The position numbers were made by a program, and so were the translations under genes. This document shows positions 47,396 to 57,992 of a stretch of DNA of 64,000 bases, in pieces; the stretch's first letter is position 1; every line of letters starts with the position of its first letter. The stretch lies in NCBI RefSeq assembly GCF_054482595.1, contig NZ_CM137008.1. One strand, written 5' to 3'. The notes below the pieces were generated by a model, which saw nothing but the letters and a program-made list of their open reading frames with translations, was not told the DNA's origin and searched no databases.

Positions 47396-48508
47396 ATGAA
47401 AAAAATTACAGTGGCACTTTCTGTGGTTGCGGCATCTGTTCTGATGGCAATGTCTGCACAAGCGGCAGAAATCTATAACAAAGACGGTAACAAACTGGAT
47501 CTGTACGGCAAAGTTAATGCAGAGCATTACTTCTCTTCTTCAGCTAGTGATGACGGGGATAAAACTTATGCTCGTATGGGTTTCAAAGGTGAAACTCAGA
47601 TTAATGACCAGTTAACCGGTTTTGGTCAGTGGGAGTACGAATTTAAAGGTAACCGTACTGAAACTGAAGGTTCTGATAAAGATAAAACTCGTCTTGCGTT
47701 TGCAGGGCTTCGCTTTGGCGATTATGGTTCGCTCGACTATGGTCGCAACTACGGTGTAGCTTATGATGTTGGCGCTTGGACTGACGTGCTGCCGGAGTTT
47801 GGTGGAGATACCTGGACTCAGACTGATGTATTTATGACCCAGCGTGCTACTGGCGTAGCGACCTATCGTAACAATGATTTCTTCGGCTTGGTTGATGGTC
47901 TGAACTTTGCTTTGCAGTATCAAGGTAAAAATGATAGTGCTGCAAAAGTGAATAACTGGAAAGGCCGTGACGAAGTTGAATCTAATGGTGATGGCTTTGG
48001 TCTGTCAGCTACTTACGATTATGAGGGATTTGGCGTTGCTGCAACCTATGCAAAATCTGACCGTACTGATGGGCAGGTATCCTATGCTAAAGACAGCCCT
48101 CTGAATGCCTCTGGTAAAACTGCTGAAGTATGGGCTACGGGCCTGAAATATGATGCAAACAACATTTACCTGGCTGCAACTTATTCTGAAACTCAGAATA
48201 TGACAGTCTTCGGTGATGACCATATCGCAAACAAAGCGAAAAACTTTGAAGCTGTTGCTCAATACCAGTTTGATTTCGGCTTGCGTCCGTCCATCGCTTA
48301 CCTACACTCTCGCGGTGAAAATATTGGTGCGTTCGGTAACCAGGATCTAGTTGAATACATCGACGTAGGTGCGACTTATTACTTCAACAAAAATATGTCC
48401 GCTTTCGTTGACTACAAGATCAACCTGATTGATGAAAGTGAATTTACCAAAGCATCTGAGGTTGCAACCGACAACATCGTTGCTGTTGGTATGACCTACC
48501 AATTCTAA
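47396..48508 (+). CDS. General porin of the OmpC/OmpF/NmpC family, 370 aa
   Basis: The signal peptide is [40 protein letters not shown]. It has [37 protein letters not shown] and the C-terminal ..VAVGMTYQF. Hairpins follow directly. Confidence 0.9.
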   Translation: MKKITVALSVVAASVLMAMSAQAAEIYNKDGNKLDLYGKVNAEHYFSSSASDDGDKTYARMGFKGETQINDQLTGFGQWEYEFKGNRTETEGSDKDKTRLAFAGLRFGDYGSLDYGRNYGVAYDVGAWTDVLPEFGGDTWTQTDVFMTQRATGVATYRNNDFFGLVDGLNFALQYQGKNDSAAKVNNWKGRDEVESNGDGFGLSATYDYEGFGVAATYAKSDRTDGQVSYAKDSPLNASGKTAEVWATGLKYDANNIYLAATYSETQNMTVFGDDHIANKAKNFEAVAQYQFDFGLRPSIAYLHSRGENIGAFGNQDLVEYIDVGATYYFNKNMSAFVDYKINLIDESEFTKASEVATDNIVAVGMTYQF

Positions 48509-48560
48509 TTTTGGTAGGTAAGAATATGCGGGAAGGGAGTGATGTCACTGCCCGCATATA

Positions 48561-48608
48561 GGTGGCACCCTCATGCCACCTTTGAAGAGGCAATTTTATT
48601 GCCTCTTC
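48561..48608 (+). terminator. Tandem hairpins after the porin gene
   Basis: GGTGGCA-ccctca-TGCCACC-TTT, then GAAGAGGCAA-tttta-TTGCCTCTTC. Confidence 0.65.
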
Positions 48609-48663
48609 TCAATTTAACTTCATGTTATTTATTACCCTTTTATTGATTTGAAACTCTATTGTT

Positions 48664-48690
48664 GGGGCGCTTTGTTGCGCCCATTTTTTT
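48664..48690 (+). terminator. Rho-independent terminator (GC stem plus T7)
   Basis: GGGCGC-tttgtt-GCGCCC-A-TTTTTTT. Confidence 0.7.
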
Positions 48691-48761
48691 ACACCAATTA
48701 GGTAAAGTTATTTTTAAGTAATCGAGCAACTTGATCCTACCCACGTAATGTGGACACGGCC

Positions 48762-49616
48762 CTAAGCGAGATTATGGTTTTCAAATTGTTCCGGGCTGAG
48801 ACCGCCACAGGCACTGTGACGACGCCAGCGATTGTAATCACACTCGATATAATTAAACACCGTTGCCCGCATTATTTCCCGGCTGCTAAAGCGTTCCCCG
48901 TGGATACATTCCACCTTCAGCGAATGAAAGAAGCTTTCCACACAGGCATTGTCATAACAGTAGCCTTTCGCACTCATACTGCCACGCAGGTTGTGTCGCT
49001 TCAGCAGCGCCTGATAATCCCCTGAACAGTATTGACCACCACGGTCCGTATGAACAATGACGCTTTCCGGGCGTCTTCTCCGCCACAACGCCATTTGCAG
49101 TGCATCACAGGCCAGTTGTGCTGTCATTCGCGGTGACATCGACCAGCCAATGACGGCGCGTGACCACAGGTCGATGACTACTGCGAGATACAACCAGCCC
49201 TCATCGGTACGCAAGTACGTGATGTCACCCGCCCACTTCTGGTTCGGGCCACTGGCGCTGAAGTCCTGCTCCAGCAGATTCTCCAATACGGGCAGACCAT
49301 GTGCACGGTAGCTGACCGGGCTGAACTTCCGGCTGGCTTTCGCCCGCAGCCCCTGACGACGCAGGCTGGCGGCAATGGTTTTAATATTGAACTCCGGCAG
49401 TTCGTCAGCAAGGCGGGGATCACCGTATCGCTGCTTTGCCTCAAAGAATGCCTTATGGACAGCGGCATCGCAGGTGAGCCGAAACTGTTGGCGCAGGCTC
49501 ATCTGGTGACGACGCCTGAGCCAGACATACCAGCCGCTGCGGGCAACCCGAAGTACACGACACATCGCTTTGATGCTGAACTCTGCCCGATGATTTTCGA
49601 TGAAGACATACTTCAT
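48762..49616 (-). CDS. IS3-family OrfB (DDE integrase-like), 284 aa
   Basis: [38 protein letters not shown]...[10 protein letters not shown]...[16 protein letters not shown] is the IS3 OrfB core. Confidence 0.9.
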   Translation of the reverse strand: MKYVFIENHRAEFSIKAMCRVLRVARSGWYVWLRRRHQMSLRQQFRLTCDAAVHKAFFEAKQRYGDPRLADELPEFNIKTIAASLRRQGLRAKASRKFSPVSYRAHGLPVLENLLEQDFSASGPNQKWAGDITYLRTDEGWLYLAVVIDLWSRAVIGWSMSPRMTAQLACDALQMALWRRRRPESVIVHTDRGGQYCSGDYQALLKRHNLRGSMSAKGYCYDNACVESFFHSLKVECIHGERFSSREIMRATVFNYIECDYNRWRRHSACGGLSPEQFENHNLA

Positions 49617-49912
49617 TTCAGGCGCTTCGCGAAGTATGTCGCGGCCTTTTGGAGGATGGCCAGTTCCTCAGCCTGCTCCGCCAGTTGTCGTTTAAGGCGG
49701 ACATTTTCAGCGGCCAGTTCGCTTTCGCGCTCTGACGAACTCATTTGTTGCTGCTGTTTACTGCGCCAGGCATAAAGCTGAGATTCATACAGGCTGAGTT
49801 CACGGGCTGCGGCGGCCACACCGATGCGTTCAGCGAGTTTCAGGGCTTCGTTACGAAATTCAGGCGTATGTTGTTTACGGGGTTTCTTGCTGATTGATAC
49901 TGGTTTTGTCAT
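49613..49912 (-). CDS. IS3-family OrfA (HTH), 99 aa
   Basis: [54 protein letters not shown]...[16 protein letters not shown] is close to IS3 OrfA. Confidence 0.9.
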   Translation of the reverse strand: MTKPVSISKKPRKQHTPEFRNEALKLAERIGVAAAARELSLYESQLYAWRSKQQQQMSSSERESELAAENVRLKRQLAEQAEELAILQKAATYFAKRLK

Positions 49913-50244
49913 GAGTCACCTCTGGTTGAGAGTTTACTCACTTAGTCCTGTGTCCACTATTGGTGGGTAAGATCACGGCGGGGTTAGGTGCGTGCGCTGA
50001 ACAAAATGACGAAGGTAGGAATGCCAGAAAGCGTGCGTATTGCCTGACGGTAGCAACCAGCTGAAGGGATGCTTATCCCCAAACCTGATTTATTCAACAA
50101 AGCCGCTATAGCCTTACCAGAACAATCACCACCTCCCCTGGAGGTGGTCAAGAATACAGCTCTGGCGAGCCGCATACCTTTAATTACCTGCTCTGATTAG
50201 ATAAATCAGATGCAGGTACATAAGTATGCCAGCATTATATGCAA

Positions 50245-51435
50245 TTAACGTTTCCGTCCTGGAAATACAAATAGTGCAATAACGGGAGATATTACCATCA
50301 GAACAAAAACATAGGTAAATCCAAGTGTAAATCCGCCTGTTAGATCGACCGACCAGCCAATTAACTGACTGTTTATCGTTGCCAAAATAAATGTACAAAC
50401 CCAGAAGGTGGACATTGAATAAGTAACAGTTTGGGTATTCGCATTTTTTTGTTCTTCTTTTGGAATGGAGAAGATGAATGCAAACCAGGTGGCAAAAATA
50501 GAACCCGTCAAAAACGAACAAACCAATATAACGATATCATTAGTGGCAAATAACATTGCAAAGGTTGTAATAGCCATAAAGATACTGGAAATAAATAGCC
50601 ATGATTTATAATTATACCCACGGTTTTTAAAGTACGGCCCCATCAATGCACCAAGTAAAATTCCCACCTGATTGACTGTGCCACTCAAGTGAGCACAGGA
50701 GTCAGGGGGAAGATTAGCATATTTTGCATAGTACAGAGGCAGAAATGTGAACATAAAAATCATCATGATCATTGCCCCAGCATACTGAATAATCATTCCC
50801 CAGACAATACGATTAAACAATACATCCTTTAATACAGATATTCGCTGTTCATAACTTATAGATATATGGCTATTCTGTTGTTGCTCTTCATCCGTGAAAC
50901 ATATTATCCAGACAACCCCCAATATTAACGTAATTATTCCATAGATAGCTAACAGATTACGCCACCCGTTGAACAGCAGTGATAAATAACCTGCCAATGT
51001 CAATGCAATAATTGTACCGATAATATTTGAAGTGCAATTTATACTATTTAATGTTGACGCCATTTTGTTATCGAAAAAGCGAGCAACCGTGGGCACCAGT
51101 GATACAAGGCAAATAGCCCCCCCCAGCCCACCAAGAAAACGAATAATCAATAACAAAGTAAAGTTATTAATAAATGGAATGAGCAAGGAGCTCCCAATCA
51201 TTATACATCCAAGAAAATAGGATTTTCGGGTGCCGAGCCGGGAAACAAAGACTGCAGTACAAACAGCTCCCACAATTTTAGCCCATAAAATTACATTTGA
51301 CATCAATGCAGCATGTGATACATCAACATTAAAATCACTCATAATTTGTGGCATTACGGCCCCTGTCGTAGCCCAGGCGGCACCAAATACCATATAAACG
51401 GTGTAAAGAATGAATTCAATGACCCATTTTTTCAT
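50245..51435 (-). CDS. MFS transporter, 396 aa
   Basis: It is a 12-TM profile protein with low GC. Its start codon overlaps the stop of the upstream PepT-like gene (ATGA at 51432-51435). Confidence 0.75.
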   Translation of the reverse strand: MKKWVIEFILYTVYMVFGAAWATTGAVMPQIMSDFNVDVSHAALMSNVILWAKIVGAVCTAVFVSRLGTRKSYFLGCIMIGSSLLIPFINNFTLLLIIRFLGGLGGAICLVSLVPTVARFFDNKMASTLNSINCTSNIIGTIIALTLAGYLSLLFNGWRNLLAIYGIITLILGVVWIICFTDEEQQQNSHISISYEQRISVLKDVLFNRIVWGMIIQYAGAMIMMIFMFTFLPLYYAKYANLPPDSCAHLSGTVNQVGILLGALMGPYFKNRGYNYKSWLFISSIFMAITTFAMLFATNDIVILVCSFLTGSIFATWFAFIFSIPKEEQKNANTQTVTYSMSTFWVCTFILATINSQLIGWSVDLTGGFTLGFTYVFVLMVISPVIALFVFPGRKR

Positions 51436-52685
51436 TTTTGTACCTCAGGGACACTTAGCTCAACCATTTCCAGCAGCATTTCACTGGCAAGACGCAGGGA
51501 TTCCACAGGCAAAAACTCTCTGGTTGAGTGAAAATTGTGCGCCCCTGTAAATATATTAATAGTAGGCAGCCCTTTTGGGGTGATGACGCTACCATCATAA
51601 CCACCGCGCATAATCAGTGGTTTTGGTGTAATGCCAAGGTTACGCATTGCCTTTCTAACGTTATCTAAGATTGCAGGTGTTTTATCAAGCGCTGGTTTGA
51701 CATTTTCATATATATCGGTTAACACTAATGTTATTCTTTCACTCTTCCAGCGCTGATTAATACTCTTAACAATGTTCTCGAGTACGGCTTTACGTTGTTT
51801 ATATCCTGTTAACTCAAAGTCCCGAATAGCAATATCAAGCGTGGCGCTGGCTGTATCACCATGGAGATTATGGACCCAATAATATCCTTCCCGTTTTTCA
51901 GTATGCTCAGGCCTTTCTTTTTCAGGTAATGCGGCGATAATTTCCGTTGCTATACACAACGCATTAACAAGCTTACCTTTAGCACTCATTGGATGTGCTG
52001 TAACACCACGAACTGTAATTCGTGCACTACCTGCATACCAGTTTTCAACAACATATTCTCCAATCTCACAACAGTCGAGACAGATACCAAAATCAGAATT
52101 CAGTTCACCAACATCAAGCGCTTTTGCCCCTCTGATACCGGTCTCCTCATCAGGCAAAAGAACAAGACGAATATCACCATGAGAAAAGGAGGGTGTATTA
52201 ATCATATATTTGAGAGCTTCAACACCTGCTGCAATGGCAGCTTTGTCGTCAGCCCCCAGCAAGCTGGTGCCATCAGTTACAATAATATCCTGACCGATAT
52301 AGTTGAGTAGTTCTGGATTATCCTGTGGGGATAGTTTTTCCACACTCCCTGCAAACGGTATAGCACCTCCGTTATACTTTTTCACTCGGAAAGCATGTGT
52401 ATCTGTACTGTGGTCCGGAGCTGTATCAAGGTGTGCAAAGAATACGATAGAAGGTGCATCAGGAATATTAGCGGGTAAATGAATTGTGGCAATAGCATTT
52501 TCTTTTATGCTTGTTTGTACCTCTGGAACATCAGAAAATTGATTTACAACATATTCTGCCAGTTTATATTGATTTTTACAGCTTGGAAGCTCCTTGCTAC
52601 CATCAACCGATGTCGTATTTATTTTTGTGTAATATAAAAAAGTCTCAATTATTTTCTCTAAGTCAATGCGTTTTTTCATGATCAT
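51432..52685 (-). CDS. Peptidase T-like M20B tripeptidase homologue, 417 aa
   Basis: FFAHLDTAPD, LLGADDKAAIAAG, LLPDEETGIRGAKAL, GVTAHPMSAKGKLVNAL and RGGYDGS have the PepT motif order. Confidence 0.75.
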   Translation of the reverse strand: MIMKKRIDLEKIIETFLYYTKINTTSVDGSKELPSCKNQYKLAEYVVNQFSDVPEVQTSIKENAIATIHLPANIPDAPSIVFFAHLDTAPDHSTDTHAFRVKKYNGGAIPFAGSVEKLSPQDNPELLNYIGQDIIVTDGTSLLGADDKAAIAAGVEALKYMINTPSFSHGDIRLVLLPDEETGIRGAKALDVGELNSDFGICLDCCEIGEYVVENWYAGSARITVRGVTAHPMSAKGKLVNALCIATEIIAALPEKERPEHTEKREGYYWVHNLHGDTASATLDIAIRDFELTGYKQRKAVLENIVKSINQRWKSERITLVLTDIYENVKPALDKTPAILDNVRKAMRNLGITPKPLIMRGGYDGSVITPKGLPTINIFTGAHNFHSTREFLPVESLRLASEMLLEMVELSVPEVQK

Positions 52686-53076
52686 ATACCTAATTGTTTA
52701 CTATCAATATCCTGACTATCTATATTTAGATAATATCCTGCAAAAATTAGTGAGTATAGAAAAGGTCGTCAGTTCCTGACTGGTAAATGTCCCTTCGAGA
52801 TTTATTAGAGTCATAATTTGCCTCATCCCAATACAAAAAACAATACGAAAGTATGAAAAAGTGTAGTGATCAACAAAATATTGCCACGTTTGTTTCGGTG
52901 TTATTGGAGAGGTTTTTGGTGTTTTGTCCTTACGAGCATCACGCAGTTGTTTGCCCCATCTTGTCATCGTGGAAAGGCGACATCAATAGCTTGGTGTAAC
53001 TCTGGTCAACAACCAGTTGCACGGAGTTGCATATGAATTCAGGAGCTTTTCACTGGTGCACCTATATTGGCATATC

Positions 53077-53590
53077 TGAACCGCCCCGGAAATCCTGGAG
53101 ACTAAACTCTCTGAGAAAGAGGCAAACAGGATGACTAAAAAAACACGTTTTTCCCCCGAAGTCCGTCAACGGGCAGTTCAATGCTTTGTCGAATAAACAT
53201 TTACCTGAACGATTAACTGCAACGGCTATCCTTACCGACAATCAACGTCAATAAAAATCTGTACTGACTCGTCAGCACTGGGTTCGATCAGTAGGAACAT
53301 GAATTCAAAGGCCTCCTTGCTGAATCTCAAGACTCCTCCGATTCCAAAGATAAACCCCGTCTTAAGTTCGCTGGCCTGAAATTCGGTGACTATTGTCTAT
53401 ATCGGGATCACCACGGTTGTGTGATTAATCATCGTCGATCATAAAGCGTCTATGGATGTACTGCGGCGTTCCTGCTACTGGTGATCACCCTGTGGTTGTG
53501 CAATTCCAAACGGATGAAGCGAGAGTAACAGACATCACGCCGCAATCGGGGGCGGCGTGTAGACGTGGTTAATTACTATCAAATATATTA
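53077..53590 (+). mobile_element. IS3-family remnant: IS629/IS1203-like left end plus decayed orfB piece
   Basis: TGAACCGCCCCGGAAATCCTGGAGACTAAACTCTCTGAGAAAGAGGCAAACAGGATGACTAAAAAAACACGTTTTTCCCCCGAAGTCCGTCAACGGGCAGTTC (IRL plus MTKKTRFSPEVRQRAV), then unrelated or decayed sequence. Near 53540-53580 a frame reads ..PNQTDEARVTDIT.. (the W-x-TDIT region of OrfB). Confidence 0.65.
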
Positions 53591-53602
53591 ATCAGGCCGA
53601 TT

Positions 53603-55054
53603 CTATTTGCTTTCATTTATGGTTTCCATCATGAGCTGTTGCTGCTTTTCTTTGGACAGTCGAGCGATACCAAAGCCTGTGAACCCCCACAGCGTCGCAA
53701 AGAAAATGCCACTCCAGCAGAGAATAGCCCACGGAAGATAGCTTAATGTAGCAACGCCAAGTGTACCTGCCATGTAGGCACCCGCGGCAGTCCAGGGCAG
53801 AATTGGTTCAAATATGGTGGCAGAGTCTTCTACAGTCCTTGCCAGATTTTTTGGATGTAGGCCGCGCTCAATATAAGCACTTCGTAGCATTTCAATCGGA
53901 ATCAGGATTGATATCTGACCATTACAGGTCACGCTAATCATTGTTAAACCACAGGCAATAGTCGCAAGAATCATGGTTCCTGTGGAATGAACTAATTTGA
54001 GCAGATTATGGACGATGACTTCTAAAGCGCCGCTCAAGGCTAATGTTCCTGCAAATGAAAGGGCGCAGAAACAAATAAGCAACGTACTCATCATCGAGTT
54101 CATGCCACCGCGGTTTAACAAATTACCTAATAGCGGATTAACATCTTTATCGGTAAGCATTGAAACGTTAAATCCGTCTACTGCACTTTTAACAATGTCG
54201 TGTAGTGCGAACCCCTGAATAACGCTGGCGTTGATCATGGCTACCAGTGCCGAAACAAGCATAATTGGAATGGTTGGTTTCTTGGTAATCGAACCGTACA
54301 GGACAATGGCAATGGGTAGCAATAACAATAAATTAAAATGATAAATTCCTTTTAATCCTTCAGTGATTAGCTGAATTTTTTCGGGAATGGTTGAGCCGCC
54401 GAGCTCGCCATTCATCCCATAGAGCGTCATAACAAAGGCTGACAGTATCAATGAAGGAAGGGTTGTATAAAGTAAATGAGCGATGTGTTCATAGAGATCT
54501 ATCTGGGCTGCCATTGCGGCTAAGTTAGTATCACCAGAAAGGGGAGACAGTTTGTCCCCGAAGTAAGCCCCTGCCACAATAGCGCCTGCAGTTGCTGCCA
54601 GATTAGCCTCCATTCCGATAGCCACACCCATAAACGCAACACCGACGGTGCCTGCGGATCCCCAGGATGTCCCTGTGCATACAGAAACGACGGCAGTAAC
54701 GAGCAGGGCCGTCACATAGATCATGGAAGGATTTATCAGAATAAGGCCGTAATAAATCATCAGCGGAATAGTACCGCCTATCATCCATGTCCCAATCAGG
54801 AGGCCCACGCTGATCAAAATTAGCAGAGCAGGCATTGTTTTAGCGATTTTCTGCGATATTGATTCAAGGATTGCATTGTAGCCATACCCCAACCGCTTAA
54901 CTAACAGTGCAGCAATGACGGTTGAAAGAACCATTAATGGCTCAGGTGGCAGATCGAATGCCGCATAACCAAATCCCAGCAATAGTATCATCGCTAGTAT
55001 TGGTAATAATGATTCCACCAGAGTTGGGGATCTTGGAGTATTGTTATTATTCAT
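53603..55054 (-). CDS. NhaC-family membrane transporter, 483 aa
   Basis: ORF track 53603..55102; probable start at MNNNNTPRS (55054). It has the polytopic motifs TGTSWGSAGTVGVAFMG and GAYFGDKLSPLSDTN-like (GAYFGDKLSPLSGDTN), typical of NhaC-type carriers. It overlaps the upstream lyase gene by 8 nt. Confidence 0.75.
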   Translation of the reverse strand: MNNNNTPRSPTLVESLLPILAMILLLGFGYAAFDLPPEPLMVLSTVIAALLVKRLGYGYNAILESISQKIAKTMPALLILISVGLLIGTWMIGGTIPLMIYYGLILINPSMIYVTALLVTAVVSVCTGTSWGSAGTVGVAFMGVAIGMEANLAATAGAIVAGAYFGDKLSPLSGDTNLAAMAAQIDLYEHIAHLLYTTLPSLILSAFVMTLYGMNGELGGSTIPEKIQLITEGLKGIYHFNLLLLLPIAIVLYGSITKKPTIPIMLVSALVAMINASVIQGFALHDIVKSAVDGFNVSMLTDKDVNPLLGNLLNRGGMNSMMSTLLICFCALSFAGTLALSGALEVIVHNLLKLVHSTGTMILATIACGLTMISVTCNGQISILIPIEMLRSAYIERGLHPKNLARTVEDSATIFEPILPWTAAGAYMAGTLGVATLSYLPWAILCWSGIFFATLWGFTGFGIARLSKEKQQQLMMETINESK

Positions 55055-56225
55055 GAAGGGAAACTCCTGTAGTGAAGGGGATGCTCTGATAAATCCGTTC
55101 AAATGCTTGTGTAAGATTGCTTCTCGGCGTGGCTATGTTCACACGGAAAAAACCAAGTCCTTCATCGCCAAAATCTGATCCCCAGCTCATCTCAACACCT
55201 GCGAGCGAGACAAACCAATGGCGTAGTTGCTCTTCGCTGATGTTCATTGCCCGGTAGTCGATCCACAACATGTAAGTTCCGCCACCAGAGGCGACAAACC
55301 AGTCTGGAAAATGAGCTTGGCAGAATGATTGAACCCAGCTCCTGTTTTCGACCAAATAATCTTTTAATGCTGCTAACCAAGAATCGCCATGGCGGTAAGC
55401 ACAGAGAAATGCAGGAACAGAGAAATAACCAGGATTATGGATACCTGCTGCAATAAGAGCTAATTTAAACTGTTCACGATATTTATCGTTAGCAATAACA
55501 ATATTTGCGATTTCAAGTCCGGCCATATTAAAAGTTTTTGCTGGAGATGTACAAATAAACGAGTTTTGTGCAACGTATGAGCTTATAGAAGAAATTGTTT
55601 GATGTTGTTTTTGGGTGAAGTTGAAGTCTGCATGAACATCATCAGAAATAATAAAAACATTATATTTTTCTGCTAATGAAGCTATTTTCCTTAGATTGTC
55701 TTCTGACCAGATTGTTCCTGTTGGATTATGCGGCGATATTAGAATGAAACAACAAGCCATTTTAAACTTATCTTCGAGATCCGCAAAGTCTATTTCATAG
55801 TGGTGGTCACGATAAAGTAACGCACTTTCCAGCAATACTCGATGGTTGACTTCAACTGCATGACTAATAGGATGATAGGCTGGTGCCAGGCTGACAATAG
55901 CATCTCCCGGTTGGGTAAAGTTCTGGATAAATAATGAGACGGCCTGTACTACCCGTGGGCAAAAAACAATGTGTTCAGGGTTGACCTTCCACGAGTAATG
56001 GCGTTGATACCACTGTGCTGCCACTTGCTGCCAGTCATCACTTAATAATGTATAACCGTAGATACCTTTCTGATTTGCGACAGATAATTCAGAAACTATA
56101 AAATCAGCTACAGGAATATCCATATCAGCTACAGACAGGGGAATGATGTCACGCCCCTTGTTATTATATTTAGCGCTATAGGTTCCGTCGCGTGAAATAA
56201 CTTTATCAAAATTATAAACTTTCAT
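55047..56225 (-). CDS. PatB/MalY-type PLP-dependent C-S lyase, 392 aa
   Basis: ORF track 55047..56339; probable start at MKVYNFDKVISRDGTYSAKY (56225). It has PLSVADMD, SPHNPTGTIW and SPAKTFNMAGL (the PLP lysine). It is the second member of this family in the window. Confidence 0.8.
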   Translation of the reverse strand: MKVYNFDKVISRDGTYSAKYNNKGRDIIPLSVADMDIPVADFIVSELSVANQKGIYGYTLLSDDWQQVAAQWYQRHYSWKVNPEHIVFCPRVVQAVSLFIQNFTQPGDAIVSLAPAYHPISHAVEVNHRVLLESALLYRDHHYEIDFADLEDKFKMACCFILISPHNPTGTIWSEDNLRKIASLAEKYNVFIISDDVHADFNFTQKQHQTISSISSYVAQNSFICTSPAKTFNMAGLEIANIVIANDKYREQFKLALIAAGIHNPGYFSVPAFLCAYRHGDSWLAALKDYLVENRSWVQSFCQAHFPDWFVASGGGTYMLWIDYRAMNISEEQLRHWFVSLAGVEMSWGSDFGDEGLGFFRVNIATPRSNLTQAFERIYQSIPFTTGVSLHE

Positions 56226-56399
56226 ATTTGTTACTCGCCCGGTTTTATCGTTAGGGTAATGTAATATTTCGAGGGAGGAAGTGTTATTCTGTATTTTGTT
56301 TTCGTTATTATGAAAATTTGCATATGTGATGTTTATCACAAAGATGTTAACTATCTGTCAATAAAAAGACTCCAGCAAATGTAAACGTTTTACATCGCT

Positions 56400-57839
56400 T
56401 AAGCCTATGGAATTTACATAAAAAAAGGGCGTGCCGAGTCTTTCGACCCAATCATTATCTCGGTAACTCCATTCACAAGAGCAGGAAATAACCTCTTCAA
56501 CAAATAACAGACTGATGCCTGCGAGCGCGCTCCCCAGGTTTCCGGGCTGAAAGTACCGCCGCACTCGTTTAACGCGGAACAGTCTGTGTTGGCGGTTTAA
56601 TGGTGGATGTTGCTGTAGACCACAACTGATGAGGCAACGGAGTTTACCGTGATGATTCCTATTTATCATTTTCTGGTCAGTGCCGCGATTCTGGTATTCA
56701 TGGTGATTTTCTGTCAGACACGCCATCGCGACCACCGTAACTGGCTGGCTCTGCTGCTATTCGTATTATGATCTGTAAACAGCTGGCCATTGCGGATGGT
56801 TAAAGGAACAATTGTGGGGACAACTGACACATTGCGTAAAATGCAGCGTTATGAACAACTGAGTCAGCACGGGGCTGACAGCTGGAAAATCCTGCTGGGA
56901 GCACCGTTATATGACACGATTGTTATTGTCACTAGTGAGAGTGTGCGCAGGAATTATATGACAGCGTATGGCTATCCCGTATCAACCACACCGTGGCTGA
57001 ATATGGCACCCGGTTTATTTATTGACGGTTATAACTCGACAGCCTCCAGTACTGTGCCTTCCCTGAGCCGGACACTGATTTATGACTATGAGCAGCCCCC
57101 TGATTCCGACAACAACGTGGTGGCGCTGGCAGCAAAAGCAGGATACAGCACATAGTGGATATCCAATCAGGGAAAACTGGGGGAGTATGACACACGCATC
57201 TCTGTTATTGCTTCTGATGCGGAGCATACCGCTTTCCTCAAGAAAGGCAGCTTCGCTTCCCGTAAAACAGATGACAAACTGTTGTTACAGGAAACAGAAC
57301 GTGCGCTGGCGGATACATCCTCTCCGAAGATAATTTTCCTGCACATGATGGGTTCTCATCCAAATCCGTGTGACAGCCTTAACTCCTGGCCGAATAATTA
57401 CCTGGAGCAGTATCCCCGAAAAATTGCCTGTTACCTCGCCAGCATCAGTAAACTGGATAACTTTCTTGGCCAGCTTGATGGTATCCTTCGCCGGTACTCA
57501 CGTCATTTCGCCATGCTTTACTTTTCTGGCCTTGGGCTGTCGGTCAGCGACAGTGCTAATCCTGTTCATCATGATGGTCATGTGCAGGGGGGCTACAGCG
57601 TTCCCCTGATTATTACCGCCAGTGACATCACGTCTCATCAGTCCGTCAGCAGGAAAATCAATGCCCGTAATTTCGCAGGCATTTTTCAGTGGCTGACCGG
57701 TATTCGTACCGAAAATATAACGCCATTCAATCCGCTGACAGACGAAGATAATGAACCCGTTATGGTTTTTAACGGAGAGAAAAATGTGCCGGCAGACAGT
57801 CTGAAACCGCAGCCACTTATTCTTCCGGACCACAGGTAA
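56400..57839 (+). pseudogene. Phosphoethanolamine-transferase / sulfatase-family gene (YjgX/YhbX-like), multiply frameshifted
   Basis: The fragments are: the TM piece MIPIYHFLVSAAILVFMVIFCQTRHRDHRNWLALLLFVL*; the sulfatase core IVIVTSESVRRNYMTAYGYPVSTTPWL (56790..57155); and the C-terminal half KIIFLHMMGSHPNPCDSL...SVPLIITASD (57282..57839). The left boundary is approximate. Confidence 0.7.
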
Positions 57840-57960
57840 TCATATATGGCAAACTGTAATACAGTCTCTTGTACTGAAAAGGATTCTGTATAGAATAGAA
57901 CCTGTATTCATATCAGCACAAGGGACCACCAAATCCCGGCAACATTCCTTACGTCAGTTA

Positions 57961-57992
57961 TCCCGCATCACCCTGTGGGTGCGGGATTTTTT
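57961..57992 (+). terminator. Rho-independent terminator
   Basis: TCCCGCA-tcaccctgtggg-TGCGGGA-TTTTTT. Confidence 0.7.

Larger units (their letters stand above)
48732..49975 (-). mobile_element. IS3-family (IS3-group) insertion sequence, apparently intact (1244 bp)
   Basis: The ends are TGATCCTACCCACGTAATGTGGACAC (48732-) and, in reverse complement, TGATCTTACCCACCAATAGTGGACAC (to 49975). orfA and orfB overlap. The flanking 3-mers differ (ACT versus CGG). Confidence 0.9.

Noticed and set aside
52716-52967. 83-aa minus-strand ORF beginning [15 protein letters not shown], considered as an XRE-type regulator for the PepT/MFS pair
   Set aside because: Only the first ~12 residues resemble an HTH N-terminus, and the rest has no helix-turn-helix pattern. 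It is likely a fragment or a chance ORF.
56358-56735. 125-aa minus-strand ORF upstream of the PatB-like gene
   Set aside because: It is antisense to the decayed N-terminal membrane domain of the ept-like pseudogene. Its composition is not protein-like and it has no ribosome-binding site.
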